64,000 bases of DNA from Rhynchopus sp. YZ270_cl-10 (Eukaryota), in contig OZ037835.1 in NCBI GenBank assembly GCA_964035575.1, positions 1,612,001-1,676,000 on the forward strand. The letters are read 5' to 3'. The notes beneath the pieces were generated by a model that ran no database searches, had not been told where the DNA came from, and was given only the letters and a program-made list of their open reading frames with translations. This document shows, in pieces, positions 9,491-22,140 of this stretch. Both the position numbers and the translations under genes were made by a program. Within the stretch, counting starts at the first letter, position 1. Each line of letters begins with the position of its first letter.

Positions 9491-11005
9491 ATGATGATAT
9501 GCGCGCTGCTGCTGTGCGTGGAAGCTGTGCTGCCTGCGTGCACAGGTACAACCGCTCCGGCGTGTCGGTACGAATTCTCGAGTGCACCCCCTGGTTCTTT
9601 CGGAAGTGCCGACTTCTCACCGGACGGGCTACTGATTGCAACCTCAGCTGGTTGGCTGTCTGATCCCGTGGTGCGGAGCACACAAGACGGCTCTGTGGTG
9701 GCAGTGCTTCCAGCTGAAGGGCCCAAGAAGTCTGTGCTCTTCTCACCCAACGGGCAGGAGATTGTAGTTGCATGCAACAATCGTGTGCTAGTGTTCAGCA
9801 CGACAACTTGGCAACAGCTGCATGTGATCTTTGTTACGGATGATATCTCTGACGTGGCCTACTCGCACGACAGTGCTCATCTCGCTGTGGCCACCTACAC
9901 TTTCGGCGCAGTGTACACGACCAGCGGGACCCTCGTCGCGAATTTCACTGGACACGGCGAGACGATCAGTGTTGCCTTCTCTCACGATGATTCGCAAGTT
10001 GTGAGTGGCGGAGCGGACAAAAAGGCCCGCGTGTGGTCCTCCACCACCGCTGTTGAGTCGTTTGCGATGACACACGAGGCTCAGGTCTATTCAGTTGCGT
10101 GGTCGGATGATGGGAAGCTGATTGCGACCGCAAGCCAAGAAATCACTGGGGTGACTGGCCATCAATACAATGCGGCAAAGCTGTGGGACGCGCGAGATGG
10201 ATCGGAGTTAACGACGTTTTCTCCCAGTTACCCCGCCCGTGTTGTGTTTGCTCCGTCCAGTAAGCAGGTGGCTGTTGGGGAAGCGTCAATTCCTGGGGGT
10301 GAAAGTACAAAGAGAGTGACGTTGTTCGGAACGGAGGCACCTTACGCATCACAAGCAGTGTACCCTGTCGGCGGTGTTTGCCTTTCCTATTCAAAGCAAG
10401 GTGATTTGTTGGCCATGTGTAGTATTTTCTCACGCACACTGACGGTTTGGGACGTGCTCCCGGGAACTGATCCGTCGTGCCCTGCGTCAGGTGTGGTCGT
10501 GTCTGTGGGAGGTGCCCCGGTTGCAGGCGTGCCCGTGTCGGCAGCGGCGCTGAACGAAGTGGTGGCGGGACCGGTCTTCAGCCTCTCGGTGCTGCCGCCC
10601 CCGATGCGCAACGGTGCGTTCCACTTTGCGAACAGCGTGGTGCCGGCCACAACCGACATCGAGCTGTCGTGCTGCGGCTCCGCGACCGCATGCGAGTTCT
10701 ACGTTGTGTCGTACAACTGTGGCGACTGCATGGCAAGCGACATGAACGGCGGCTTCCCCTCTGTGCTCCCGACTGCAGGCTTCGACGCAGGCAGCTGCTC
10801 TCCGTGGTTCACTGTGAACGATGCCGGACCTGTGGAACACCCGACGGTTGTGCACCACAAGCAGGTTGCTGCAGGCGACTCGGTGACCGTGACCACCACC
10901 AAGCAGGCCCTCTTCTTCGCAGTGTTTGGCGACAACAAGGCCCTCGGAGGGCCGTGGTGCAAGCGTGCAGCTGGCCCGGCTGTGGGCAACTCATGCCACG
11001 CATAG
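9491..11005 (+). CDS. WD40/Cys-rich protein, copy 4
   Basis: Identical translation; (TCCACC)14 at 9359-9442. Confidence 0.9.
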   Translation: MMICALLLCVEAVLPACTGTTAPACRYEFSSAPPGSFGSADFSPDGLLIATSAGWLSDPVVRSTQDGSVVAVLPAEGPKKSVLFSPNGQEIVVACNNRVLVFSTTTWQQLHVIFVTDDISDVAYSHDSAHLAVATYTFGAVYTTSGTLVANFTGHGETISVAFSHDDSQVVSGGADKKARVWSSTTAVESFAMTHEAQVYSVAWSDDGKLIATASQEITGVTGHQYNAAKLWDARDGSELTTFSPSYPARVVFAPSSKQVAVGEASIPGGESTKRVTLFGTEAPYASQAVYPVGGVCLSYSKQGDLLAMCSIFSRTLTVWDVLPGTDPSCPASGVVVSVGGAPVAGVPVSAAALNEVVAGPVFSLSVLPPPMRNGAFHFANSVVPATTDIELSCCGSATACEFYVVSYNCGDCMASDMNGGFPSVLPTAGFDAGSCSPWFTVNDAGPVEHPTVVHHKQVAAGDSVTVTTTKQALFFAVFGDNKALGGPWCKRAAGPAVGNSCHA

Positions 11006-12063
11006 TGCGCTTACCTTTCGTAGGCAGCGTCAAACTTGAGAAGTGACCTTCATTTTTTTTTTTTTTTTTTTTGAAAAACACCAAACGCTGTTCACAATAA
11101 TCATATATTGGTGAGAATGAATGGGAAAAGTAACGTTTTTGAGTTTACCCAAGTTTTCCTGTTTAACCCTTTAGACAGGGGTCCTAAGAGTGGTAACTTT
11201 TAGTTAGGGACTTTCCAGGGTTAGAGGTCTCGATGCCACTGTAGGCTTGTTGATCCCGGGTGATAAGAGATGAGCGCCAGTTGGGCTTGTCTCTCCAGGG
11301 GTAGAGCTCTGTGGTCTCATGCATTACTGTTGTATCTATGCTCGGATGTTTTTCGTGTCTGCTTGCACTGTTTTTTCTGTCCTGTTACAAGAACACTGAT
11401 GAGTTTATATGGCCCTGCCTGAGCAGAGTTCTTGATGATCCCGGGTGATAAGACTGAGGGCCGGATGGGCTCGTCTTTCAAGGGTTAGAGTTCTTGCTCG
11501 GGGGATTTTTCGCTCTCTCTGTGGTGTTTGTGTTCTGTTATGTTACTTGTACACTGTTTTGTTTCTTCCTGTGGCACAAAAGCGGATGAGCTAATGCTGA
11601 GTAACCCTGCTTGAGCAGAGTTCTTGATGATCCCGGGTGACTCCAGGGTTAGACTCCAGGGTCTCTTTTCCTTCCCTCGTACGTCACAATAAAGAGACCC
11701 CTTCCCTCGCATTTTTTCACGACATTGTTTTTGGGTTTGGGTAATGTTCACGGGCTATTCTCTATACACCAGATCTCCACCTCCACCTCCACCTCCACCT
11801 CCACCTCCACCTCCACCTCCACCTCCACCTCCACCTCCACCTCCACCTCCACCTCCACCTCCACCTCCACCTCCACCTCCACCTCCACCTCCACCTCCAC
11901 CTCCACCTCCACCTCCACCTCCACCTCCACCTCCACCTCCACCTCCACCTCCACCTCCACCTCCACCTCCACCTCCACCTCCACCTCCACCTCCACCTCC
12001 ACCTCCACCTCCACCTCCTCCCCTACCCGAAATCAGACAACAACAGACAACAAGAGAGGTGAA

Positions 12064-13578
12064 ATGATGATATGCGCGCTGCTGCTGTGCGTGGAAGCTG
12101 TGCTGCCTGCGTGCACAGGTACAACCGCTCCGGCGTGTCGGTACGAATTCTCGAGTGCACCCCCTGGTTCTTTCGGAAGTGCCGACTTCTCACCGGACGG
12201 GCTACTGATTGCAACCTCAGCTGGTTGGCTGTCTGATCCCGTGGTGCGGAGCACACAAGACGGCTCTGTGGTGGCAGTGCTTCCAGCTGAAGGGCCCAAG
12301 AAGTCTGTGCTCTTCTCACCCAACGGGCAGGAGATTGTAGTTGCATGCAACAATCGTGTGCTAGTGTTCAGCACGACAACTTGGCAACAGCTGCATGTGA
12401 TCTTTGTTACGGATGATATCTCTGACGTGGCCTACTCGCACGACAGTGCTCATCTCGCTGTGGCCACCTACACTTTCGGCGCAGTGTACACGACCAGCGG
12501 GACCCTCGTCGCGAATTTCACTGGACACGGCGAGACGATCAGTGTTGCCTTCTCTCACGATGATTCGCAAGTTGTGAGTGGCGGAGCGGACAAAAAGGCC
12601 CGCGTGTGGTCCTCCACCACCGCTGTTGAGTCGTTTGCGATGACACACGAGGCTCAGGTCTATTCAGTTGCGTGGTCGGATGATGGGAAGCTGATTGCGA
12701 CCGCAAGCCAAGAAATCACTGGGGTGACTGGCCATCAATACAATGCGGCAAAGCTGTGGGACGCGCGAGATGGATCGGAGTTAACGACGTTTTCTCCCAG
12801 TTACCCCGCCCGTGTTGTGTTTGCTCCGTCCAGTAAGCAGGTGGCTGTTGGGGAAGCGTCAATTCCTGGGGGTGAAAGTACAAAGAGAGTGACGTTGTTC
12901 GGAACGGAGGCACCTTACGCATCACAAGCAGTGTACCCTGTCGGCGGTGTTTGCCTTTCCTATTCAAAGCAAGGTGATTTGTTGGCCATGTGTAGTATTT
13001 TCTCACGCACACTGACGGTTTGGGACGTGCTCCCGGGAACTGATCCGTCGTGCCCTGCGTCAGGTGTGGTCGTGTCTGTGGGAGGTGCCCCGGTTGCAGG
13101 CGTGCCCGTGTCGGCAGCGGCGCTGAACGAAGTGGTGGCGGGACCGGTCTTCAGCCTCTCGGTGCTGCCGCCCCCGATGCGCAACGGTGCGTTCCACTTT
13201 GCGAACAGCGTGGTGCCGGCCACAACCGACATCGAGCTGTCGTGCTGCGGCTCCGCGACCGCATGCGAGTTCTACGTTGTGTCGTACAACTGTGGCGACT
13301 GCATGGCAAGCGACATGAACGGCGGCTTCCCCTCTGTGCTCCCGACTGCAGGCTTCGACGCAGGCAGCTGCTCTCCGTGGTTCACTGTGAACGATGCCGG
13401 ACCTGTGGAACACCCGACGGTTGTGCACCACAAGCAGGTTGCTGCAGGCGACTCGGTGACCGTGACCACCACCAAGCAGGCCCTCTTCTTCGCAGTGTTT
13501 GGCGACAACAAGGCCCTCGGAGGGCCGTGGTGCAAGCGTGCAGCTGGCCCGGCTGTGGGCAACTCATGCCACGCATAG
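12064..13578 (+). CDS. WD40/Cys-rich protein, copy 5
   Basis: Identical translation; (TCCACC)40 at 11776-12015. Confidence 0.9.
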   Translation: MMICALLLCVEAVLPACTGTTAPACRYEFSSAPPGSFGSADFSPDGLLIATSAGWLSDPVVRSTQDGSVVAVLPAEGPKKSVLFSPNGQEIVVACNNRVLVFSTTTWQQLHVIFVTDDISDVAYSHDSAHLAVATYTFGAVYTTSGTLVANFTGHGETISVAFSHDDSQVVSGGADKKARVWSSTTAVESFAMTHEAQVYSVAWSDDGKLIATASQEITGVTGHQYNAAKLWDARDGSELTTFSPSYPARVVFAPSSKQVAVGEASIPGGESTKRVTLFGTEAPYASQAVYPVGGVCLSYSKQGDLLAMCSIFSRTLTVWDVLPGTDPSCPASGVVVSVGGAPVAGVPVSAAALNEVVAGPVFSLSVLPPPMRNGAFHFANSVVPATTDIELSCCGSATACEFYVVSYNCGDCMASDMNGGFPSVLPTAGFDAGSCSPWFTVNDAGPVEHPTVVHHKQVAAGDSVTVTTTKQALFFAVFGDNKALGGPWCKRAAGPAVGNSCHA

Positions 13579-14594
13579 TGCGCTTACCTTTCGTAGGCAG
13601 CGTCAAACTTGAGAAGTGACCTTCATTTTTTTTTTTTTTTTTTTTGAAAAACACCAAACGCTGTTCACAATAATCATATATTGGTGAGAATGAATGGGAA
13701 AAGTAACGTTTTTGAGTTTACCCAAGTTTTCCTGTTTAACCCTTTAGACAGGGGTCCTAAGAGTGGTAACTTTTAGTTAGGGACTTTCCAGGGTTAGAGG
13801 TCTCGATGCCACTGTAGGCTTGTTGATCCCGGGTGATAAGAGATGAGCGCCAGTTGGGCTTGTCTCTCCAGGGGTAGAGCTCTGTGGTCTCATGCATTAC
13901 TGTTGTATCTATGCTCGGATGTTTTTCGTGTCTGCTTGCACTGTTTTTTCTGTCCTGTTACAAGAACACTGATGAGTTTATATGGCCCTGCCTGAGCAGA
14001 GTTCTTGATGATCCCGGGTGATAAGACTGAGGGCCGGATGGGCTCGTCTTTCAAGGGTTAGAGTTCTTGCTCGGGGGATTTTTCGCTCTCTCTGTGGTGT
14101 TTGTGTTCTGTTATGTTACTTGTACACTGTTTTGTTTCTTCCTGTGGCACAAAAGCGGATGAGCTAATGCTGAGTAACCCTGCTTGAGCAGAGTTCTTGA
14201 TGATCCCGGGTGACTCCAGGGTTAGACTCCAGGGTCTCTTTTCCTTCCCTCGTACGTCACAATAAAGAGACCCCTTCCCTCGCATTTTTTCACGACATTG
14301 TTTTTGGGTTTGGGTAATGTTCACGGGCTATTCTCTATACACCAGATCTCCACCTCCACCTCCACCTCCACCTCCACCTCCACCTCCACCTCCACCTCCA
14401 CCTCCACCTCCACCTCCACCTCCACCTCCACCTCCACCTCCACCTCCACCTCCACCTCCACCTCCACCTCCACCTCCACCTCCACCTCCACCTCCACCTC
14501 CACCTCCACCTCCACCTCCACCTCCACCTCCACCTCCACCTCCACCTCCTCCCCTACCCGAAATCAGACAACAACAGACAACAAGAGAGGTGAA

Positions 14595-16109
14595 ATGATG
14601 ATATGCGCGCTGCTGCTGTGCGTGGAAGCTGTGCTGCCTGCGTGCACAGGTACAACCGCTCCGGCGTGTCGGTACGAATTCTCGAGTGCACCCCCTGGTT
14701 CTTTCGGAAGTGCCGACTTCTCACCGGACGGGCTACTGATTGCAACCTCAGCTGGTTGGCTGTCTGATCCCGTGGTGCGGAGCACACAAGACGGCTCTGT
14801 GGTGGCAGTGCTTCCAGCTGAAGGGCCCAAGAAGTCTGTGCTCTTCTCACCCAACGGGCAGGAGATTGTAGTTGCATGCAACAATCGTGTGCTAGTGTTC
14901 AGCACGACAACTTGGCAACAGCTGCATGTGATCTTTGTTACGGATGATATCTCTGACGTGGCCTACTCGCACGACAGTGCTCATCTCGCTGTGGCCACCT
15001 ACACTTTCGGCGCAGTGTACACGACCAGCGGGACCCTCGTCGCGAATTTCACTGGACACGGCGAGACGATCAGTGTTGCCTTCTCTCACGATGATTCGCA
15101 AGTTGTGAGTGGCGGAGCGGACAAAAAGGCCCGCGTGTGGTCCTCCACCACCGCTGTTGAGTCGTTTGCGATGACACACGAGGCTCAGGTCTATTCAGTT
15201 GCGTGGTCGGATGATGGGAAGCTGATTGCGACCGCAAGCCAAGAAATCACTGGGGTGACTGGCCATCAATACAATGCGGCAAAGCTGTGGGACGCGCGAG
15301 ATGGATCGGAGTTAACGACGTTTTCTCCCAGTTACCCCGCCCGTGTTGTGTTTGCTCCGTCCAGTAAGCAGGTGGCTGTTGGGGAAGCGTCAATTCCTGG
15401 GGGTGAAAGTACAAAGAGAGTGACGTTGTTCGGAACGGAGGCACCTTACGCATCACAAGCAGTGTACCCTGTCGGCGGTGTTTGCCTTTCCTATTCAAAG
15501 CAAGGTGATTTGTTGGCCATGTGTAGTATTTTCTCACGCACACTGACGGTTTGGGACGTGCTCCCGGGAACTGATCCGTCGTGCCCTGCGTCAGGTGTGG
15601 TCGTGTCTGTGGGAGGTGCCCCGGTTGCAGGCGTGCCCGTGTCGGCAGCGGCGCTGAACGAAGTGGTGGCGGGACCGGTCTTCAGCCTCTCGGTGCTGCC
15701 GCCCCCGATGCGCAACGGTGCGTTCCACTTTGCGAACAGCGTGGTGCCGGCCACAACCGACATCGAGCTGTCGTGCTGCGGCTCCGCGACCGCATGCGAG
15801 TTCTACGTTGTGTCGTACAACTGTGGCGACTGCATGGCAAGCGACATGAACGGCGGCTTCCCCTCTGTGCTCCCGACTGCAGGCTTCGACGCAGGCAGCT
15901 GCTCTCCGTGGTTCACTGTGAACGATGCCGGACCTGTGGAACACCCGACGGTTGTGCACCACAAGCAGGTTGCTGCAGGCGACTCGGTGACCGTGACCAC
16001 CACCAAGCAGGCCCTCTTCTTCGCAGTGTTTGGCGACAACAAGGCCCTCGGAGGGCCGTGGTGCAAGCGTGCAGCTGGCCCGGCTGTGGGCAACTCATGC
16101 CACGCATAG
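14595..16109 (+). CDS. WD40/Cys-rich protein, copy 6
   Basis: Identical translation; (TCCACC)33 at 14349-14546. Confidence 0.9.
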   Translation: MMICALLLCVEAVLPACTGTTAPACRYEFSSAPPGSFGSADFSPDGLLIATSAGWLSDPVVRSTQDGSVVAVLPAEGPKKSVLFSPNGQEIVVACNNRVLVFSTTTWQQLHVIFVTDDISDVAYSHDSAHLAVATYTFGAVYTTSGTLVANFTGHGETISVAFSHDDSQVVSGGADKKARVWSSTTAVESFAMTHEAQVYSVAWSDDGKLIATASQEITGVTGHQYNAAKLWDARDGSELTTFSPSYPARVVFAPSSKQVAVGEASIPGGESTKRVTLFGTEAPYASQAVYPVGGVCLSYSKQGDLLAMCSIFSRTLTVWDVLPGTDPSCPASGVVVSVGGAPVAGVPVSAAALNEVVAGPVFSLSVLPPPMRNGAFHFANSVVPATTDIELSCCGSATACEFYVVSYNCGDCMASDMNGGFPSVLPTAGFDAGSCSPWFTVNDAGPVEHPTVVHHKQVAAGDSVTVTTTKQALFFAVFGDNKALGGPWCKRAAGPAVGNSCHA

Positions 16110-17119
16110 TGCGCTTACCTTTCGTAGGCAGCGTCAAACTTGAGAAGTGACCTTCATTTTTTTTTTTTTTTTTTTTGAAAAACACCAAACGCTGTTCACA
16201 ATAATCATATATTGGTGAGAATGAATGGGAAAAGTAACGTTTTTGAGTTTACCCAAGTTTTCCTGTTTAACCCTTTAGACAGGGGTCCTAAGAGTGGTAA
16301 CTTTTAGTTAGGGACTTTCCAGGGTTAGAGGTCTCGATGCCACTGTAGGCTTGTTGATCCCGGGTGATAAGAGATGAGCGCCAGTTGGGCTTGTCTCTCC
16401 AGGGGTAGAGCTCTGTGGTCTCATGCATTACTGTTGTATCTATGCTCGGATGTTTTTCGTGTCTGCTTGCACTGTTTTTTCTGTCCTGTTACAAGAACAC
16501 TGATGAGTTTATATGGCCCTGCCTGAGCAGAGTTCTTGATGATCCCGGGTGATAAGACTGAGGGCCGGATGGGCTCGTCTTTCAAGGGTTAGAGTTCTTG
16601 CTCGGGGGATTTTTCGCTCTCTCTGTGGTGTTTGTGTTCTGTTATGTTACTTGTACACTGTTTTGTTTCTTCCTGTGGCACAAAAGCGGATGAGCTAATG
16701 CTGAGTAACCCTGCTTGAGCAGAGTTCTTGATGATCCCGGGTGACTCCAGGGTTAGACTCCAGGGTCTCTTTTCCTTCCCTCGTACGTCACAATAAAGAG
16801 ACCCCTTCCCTCGCATTTTTTCACGACATTGTTTTTGGGTTTGGGTAATGTTCACGGGCTATTCTCTATACACCAGATCTCCACCTCCACCTCCACCTCC
16901 ACCTCCACCTCCACCTCCACCTCCACCTCCACCTCCACCTCCACCTCCACCTCCACCTCCACCTCCACCTCCACCTCCACCTCCACCTCCACCTCCACCT
17001 CCACCTCCACCTCCACCTCCACCTCCACCTCCACCTCCACCTCCACCTCCACCTCCACCTCCACCTCCACCTCCTCCCCTACCCGAAATCAGACAACAAC
17101 AGACAACAAGAGAGGTGAA

Positions 17120-18634
17120 ATGATGATATGCGCGCTGCTGCTGTGCGTGGAAGCTGTGCTGCCTGCGTGCACAGGTACAACCGCTCCGGCGTGTCGGTAC
17201 GAATTCTCGAGTGCACCCCCTGGTTCTTTCGGAAGTGCCGACTTCTCACCGGACGGGCTACTGATTGCAACCTCAGCTGGTTGGCTGTCTGATCCCGTGG
17301 TGCGGAGCACACAAGACGGCTCTGTGGTGGCAGTGCTTCCAGCTGAAGGGCCCAAGAAGTCTGTGCTCTTCTCACCCAACGGGCAGGAGATTGTAGTTGC
17401 ATGCAACAATCGTGTGCTAGTGTTCAGCACGACAACTTGGCAACAGCTGCATGTGATCTTTGTTACGGATGATATCTCTGACGTGGCCTACTCGCACGAC
17501 AGTGCTCATCTCGCTGTGGCCACCTACACTTTCGGCGCAGTGTACACGACCAGCGGGACCCTCGTCGCGAATTTCACTGGACACGGCGAGACGATCAGTG
17601 TTGCCTTCTCTCACGATGATTCGCAAGTTGTGAGTGGCGGAGCGGACAAAAAGGCCCGCGTGTGGTCCTCCACCACCGCTGTTGAGTCGTTTGCGATGAC
17701 ACACGAGGCTCAGGTCTATTCAGTTGCGTGGTCGGATGATGGGAAGCTGATTGCGACCGCAAGCCAAGAAATCACTGGGGTGACTGGCCATCAATACAAT
17801 GCGGCAAAGCTGTGGGACGCGCGAGATGGATCGGAGTTAACGACGTTTTCTCCCAGTTACCCCGCCCGTGTTGTGTTTGCTCCGTCCAGTAAGCAGGTGG
17901 CTGTTGGGGAAGCGTCAATTCCTGGGGGTGAAAGTACAAAGAGAGTGACGTTGTTCGGAACGGAGGCACCTTACGCATCACAAGCAGTGTACCCTGTCGG
18001 CGGTGTTTGCCTTTCCTATTCAAAGCAAGGTGATTTGTTGGCCATGTGTAGTATTTTCTCACGCACACTGACGGTTTGGGACGTGCTCCCGGGAACTGAT
18101 CCGTCGTGCCCTGCGTCAGGTGTGGTCGTGTCTGTGGGAGGTGCCCCGGTTGCAGGCGTGCCCGTGTCGGCAGCGGCGCTGAACGAAGTGGTGGCGGGAC
18201 CGGTCTTCAGCCTCTCGGTGCTGCCGCCCCCGATGCGCAACGGTGCGTTCCACTTTGCGAACAGCGTGGTGCCGGCCACAACCGACATCGAGCTGTCGTG
18301 CTGCGGCTCCGCGACCGCATGCGAGTTCTACGTTGTGTCGTACAACTGTGGCGACTGCATGGCAAGCGACATGAACGGCGGCTTCCCCTCTGTGCTCCCG
18401 ACTGCAGGCTTCGACGCAGGCAGCTGCTCTCCGTGGTTCACTGTGAACGATGCCGGACCTGTGGAACACCCGACGGTTGTGCACCACAAGCAGGTTGCTG
18501 CAGGCGACTCGGTGACCGTGACCACCACCAAGCAGGCCCTCTTCTTCGCAGTGTTTGGCGACAACAAGGCCCTCGGAGGGCCGTGGTGCAAGCGTGCAGC
18601 TGGCCCGGCTGTGGGCAACTCATGCCACGCATAG
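17120..18634 (+). CDS. WD40/Cys-rich protein, copy 7
   Basis: Identical translation; (TCCACC)32 at 16880-17071. Confidence 0.9.
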   Translation: MMICALLLCVEAVLPACTGTTAPACRYEFSSAPPGSFGSADFSPDGLLIATSAGWLSDPVVRSTQDGSVVAVLPAEGPKKSVLFSPNGQEIVVACNNRVLVFSTTTWQQLHVIFVTDDISDVAYSHDSAHLAVATYTFGAVYTTSGTLVANFTGHGETISVAFSHDDSQVVSGGADKKARVWSSTTAVESFAMTHEAQVYSVAWSDDGKLIATASQEITGVTGHQYNAAKLWDARDGSELTTFSPSYPARVVFAPSSKQVAVGEASIPGGESTKRVTLFGTEAPYASQAVYPVGGVCLSYSKQGDLLAMCSIFSRTLTVWDVLPGTDPSCPASGVVVSVGGAPVAGVPVSAAALNEVVAGPVFSLSVLPPPMRNGAFHFANSVVPATTDIELSCCGSATACEFYVVSYNCGDCMASDMNGGFPSVLPTAGFDAGSCSPWFTVNDAGPVEHPTVVHHKQVAAGDSVTVTTTKQALFFAVFGDNKALGGPWCKRAAGPAVGNSCHA

Positions 18635-19627
18635 TGCGCTTACCTTTCGTAGGCAGCGTCAAACTTGAGAAGTGACCTTCATTTTTTTTTTTTTTTTTTT
18701 TTGAAAAACACCAAACGCTGTTCACAATAATCATATATTGGTGAGAATGAATGGGAAAAGTAACGTTTTTGAGTTTACCCAAGTTTTCCTGTTTAACCCT
18801 TTAGACAGGGGTCCTAAGAGTGGTAACTTTTAGTTAGGGACTTTCCAGGGTTAGAGGTCTCGATGCCACTGTAGGCTTGTTGATCCCGGGTGATAAGAGA
18901 TGAGCGCCAGTTGGGCTTGTCTCTCCAGGGGTAGAGCTCTGTGGTCTCATGCATTACTGTTGTATCTATGCTCGGATGTTTTTCGTGTCTGCTTGCACTG
19001 TTTTTTCTGTCCTGTTACAAGAACACTGATGAGTTTATATGGCCCTGCCTGAGCAGAGTTCTTGATGATCCCGGGTGATAAGACTGAGGGCCGGATGGGC
19101 TCGTCTTTCAAGGGTTAGAGTTCTTGCTCGGGGGATTTTTCGCTCTCTCTGTGGTGTTTGTGTTCTGTTATGTTACTTGTACACTGTTTTGTTTCTTCCT
19201 GTGGCACAAAAGCGGATGAGCTAATGCTGAGTAACCCTGCTTGAGCAGAGTTCTTGATGATCCCGGGTGACTCCAGGGTTAGACTCCAGGGTCTCTTTTC
19301 CTTCCCTCGTACGTCACAATAAAGAGACCCCTTCCCTCGCATTTTTTCACGACATTGTTTTTGGGTTTGGGTAATGTTCACGGGCTATTCTCTATACACC
19401 AGATCTCCACCTCCACCTCCACCTCCACCTCCACCTCCACCTCCACCTCCACCTCCACCTCCACCTCCACCTCCACCTCCACCTCCACCTCCACCTCCAC
19501 CTCCACCTCCACCTCCACCTCCACCTCCACCTCCACCTCCACCTCCACCTCCACCTCCACCTCCACCTCCACCTCCACCTCCTCCCCTACCCGAAATCAG
19601 ACAACAACAGACAACAAGAGAGGTGAA

Positions 19628-21142
19628 ATGATGATATGCGCGCTGCTGCTGTGCGTGGAAGCTGTGCTGCCTGCGTGCACAGGTACAACCGCTCCGGCGT
19701 GTCGGTACGAATTCTCGAGTGCACCCCCTGGTTCTTTCGGAAGTGCCGACTTCTCACCGGACGGGCTACTGATTGCAACCTCAGCTGGTTGGCTGTCTGA
19801 TCCCGTGGTGCGGAGCACACAAGACGGCTCTGTGGTGGCAGTGCTTCCAGCTGAAGGGCCCAAGAAGTCTGTGCTCTTCTCACCCAACGGGCAGGAGATT
19901 GTAGTTGCATGCAACAATCGTGTGCTAGTGTTCAGCACGACAACTTGGCAACAGCTGCATGTGATCTTTGTTACGGATGATATCTCTGACGTGGCCTACT
20001 CGCACGACAGTGCTCATCTCGCTGTGGCCACCTACACTTTCGGCGCAGTGTACACGACCAGCGGGACCCTCGTCGCGAATTTCACTGGACACGGCGAGAC
20101 GATCAGTGTTGCCTTCTCTCACGATGATTCGCAAGTTGTGAGTGGCGGAGCGGACAAAAAGGCCCGCGTGTGGTCCTCCACCACCGCTGTTGAGTCGTTT
20201 GCGATGACACACGAGGCTCAGGTCTATTCAGTTGCGTGGTCGGATGATGGGAAGCTGATTGCGACCGCAAGCCAAGAAATCACTGGGGTGACTGGCCATC
20301 AATACAATGCGGCAAAGCTGTGGGACGCGCGAGATGGATCGGAGTTAACGACGTTTTCTCCCAGTTACCCCGCCCGTGTTGTGTTTGCTCCGTCCAGTAA
20401 GCAGGTGGCTGTTGGGGAAGCGTCAATTCCTGGGGGTGAAAGTACAAAGAGAGTGACGTTGTTCGGAACGGAGGCACCTTACGCATCACAAGCAGTGTAC
20501 CCTGTCGGCGGTGTTTGCCTTTCCTATTCAAAGCAAGGTGATTTGTTGGCCATGTGTAGTATTTTCTCACGCACACTGACGGTTTGGGACGTGCTCCCGG
20601 GAACTGATCCGTCGTGCCCTGCGTCAGGTGTGGTCGTGTCTGTGGGAGGTGCCCCGGTTGCAGGCGTGCCCGTGTCGGCAGCGGCGCTGAACGAAGTGGT
20701 GGCGGGACCGGTCTTCAGCCTCTCGGTGCTGCCGCCCCCGATGCGCAACGGTGCGTTCCACTTTGCGAACAGCGTGGTGCCGGCCACAACCGACATCGAG
20801 CTGTCGTGCTGCGGCTCCGCGACCGCATGCGAGTTCTACGTTGTGTCGTACAACTGTGGCGACTGCATGGCAAGCGACATGAACGGCGGCTTCCCCTCTG
20901 TGCTCCCGACTGCAGGCTTCGACGCAGGCAGCTGCTCTCCGTGGTTCACTGTGAACGATGCCGGACCTGTGGAACACCCGACGGTTGTGCACCACAAGCA
21001 GGTTGCTGCAGGCGACTCGGTGACCGTGACCACCACCAAGCAGGCCCTCTTCTTCGCAGTGTTTGGCGACAACAAGGCCCTCGGAGGGCCGTGGTGCAAG
21101 CGTGCAGCTGGCCCGGCTGTGGGCAACTCATGCCACGCATAG
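19628..21142 (+). CDS. WD40/Cys-rich protein, copy 8
   Basis: Identical translation; (TCCACC)29 at 19406-19579. Confidence 0.9.
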   Translation: MMICALLLCVEAVLPACTGTTAPACRYEFSSAPPGSFGSADFSPDGLLIATSAGWLSDPVVRSTQDGSVVAVLPAEGPKKSVLFSPNGQEIVVACNNRVLVFSTTTWQQLHVIFVTDDISDVAYSHDSAHLAVATYTFGAVYTTSGTLVANFTGHGETISVAFSHDDSQVVSGGADKKARVWSSTTAVESFAMTHEAQVYSVAWSDDGKLIATASQEITGVTGHQYNAAKLWDARDGSELTTFSPSYPARVVFAPSSKQVAVGEASIPGGESTKRVTLFGTEAPYASQAVYPVGGVCLSYSKQGDLLAMCSIFSRTLTVWDVLPGTDPSCPASGVVVSVGGAPVAGVPVSAAALNEVVAGPVFSLSVLPPPMRNGAFHFANSVVPATTDIELSCCGSATACEFYVVSYNCGDCMASDMNGGFPSVLPTAGFDAGSCSPWFTVNDAGPVEHPTVVHHKQVAAGDSVTVTTTKQALFFAVFGDNKALGGPWCKRAAGPAVGNSCHA

Positions 21143-22140
21143 TGCGCTTACCTTTCGTAGGCAGCGTCAAACTTGAGAAGTGACCTTCATTTTTTTTTTT
21201 TTTTTTTTTGAAAAACACCAAACGCTGTTCACAATAATCATATATTGGTGAGAATGAATGGGAAAAGTAACGTTTTTGAGTTTACCCAAGTTTTCCTGTT
21301 TAACCCTTTAGACAGGGGTCCTAAGAGTGGTAACTTTTAGTTAGGGACTTTCCAGGGTTAGAGGTCTCGATGCCACTGTAGGCTTGTTGATCCCGGGTGA
21401 TAAGAGATGAGCGCCAGTTGGGCTTGTCTCTCCAGGGGTAGAGCTCTGTGGTCTCATGCATTACTGTTGTATCTATGCTCGGATGTTTTTCGTGTCTGCT
21501 TGCACTGTTTTTTCTGTCCTGTTACAAGAACACTGATGAGTTTATATGGCCCTGCCTGAGCAGAGTTCTTGATGATCCCGGGTGATAAGACTGAGGGCCG
21601 GATGGGCTCGTCTTTCAAGGGTTAGAGTTCTTGCTCGGGGGATTTTTCGCTCTCTCTGTGGTGTTTGTGTTCTGTTATGTTACTTGTACACTGTTTTGTT
21701 TCTTCCTGTGGCACAAAAGCGGATGAGCTAATGCTGAGTAACCCTGCTTGAGCAGAGTTCTTGATGATCCCGGGTGACTCCAGGGTTAGACTCCAGGGTC
21801 TCTTTTCCTTCCCTCGTACGTCACAATAAAGAGACCCCTTCCCTCGCATTTTTTCACGACATTGTTTTTGGGTTTGGGTAATGTTCACGGGCTATTCTCT
21901 ATACACCAGATCTCCACCTCCACCTCCACCTCCACCTCCACCTCCACCTCCACCTCCACCTCCACCTCCACCTCCACCTCCACCTCCACCTCCACCTCCA
22001 CCTCCACCTCCACCTCCACCTCCACCTCCACCTCCACCTCCACCTCCACCTCCACCTCCACCTCCACCTCCACCTCCACCTCCACCTCCACCTCCTCCCC
22101 TACCCGAAATCAGACAACAACAGACAACAAGAGAGGTGAA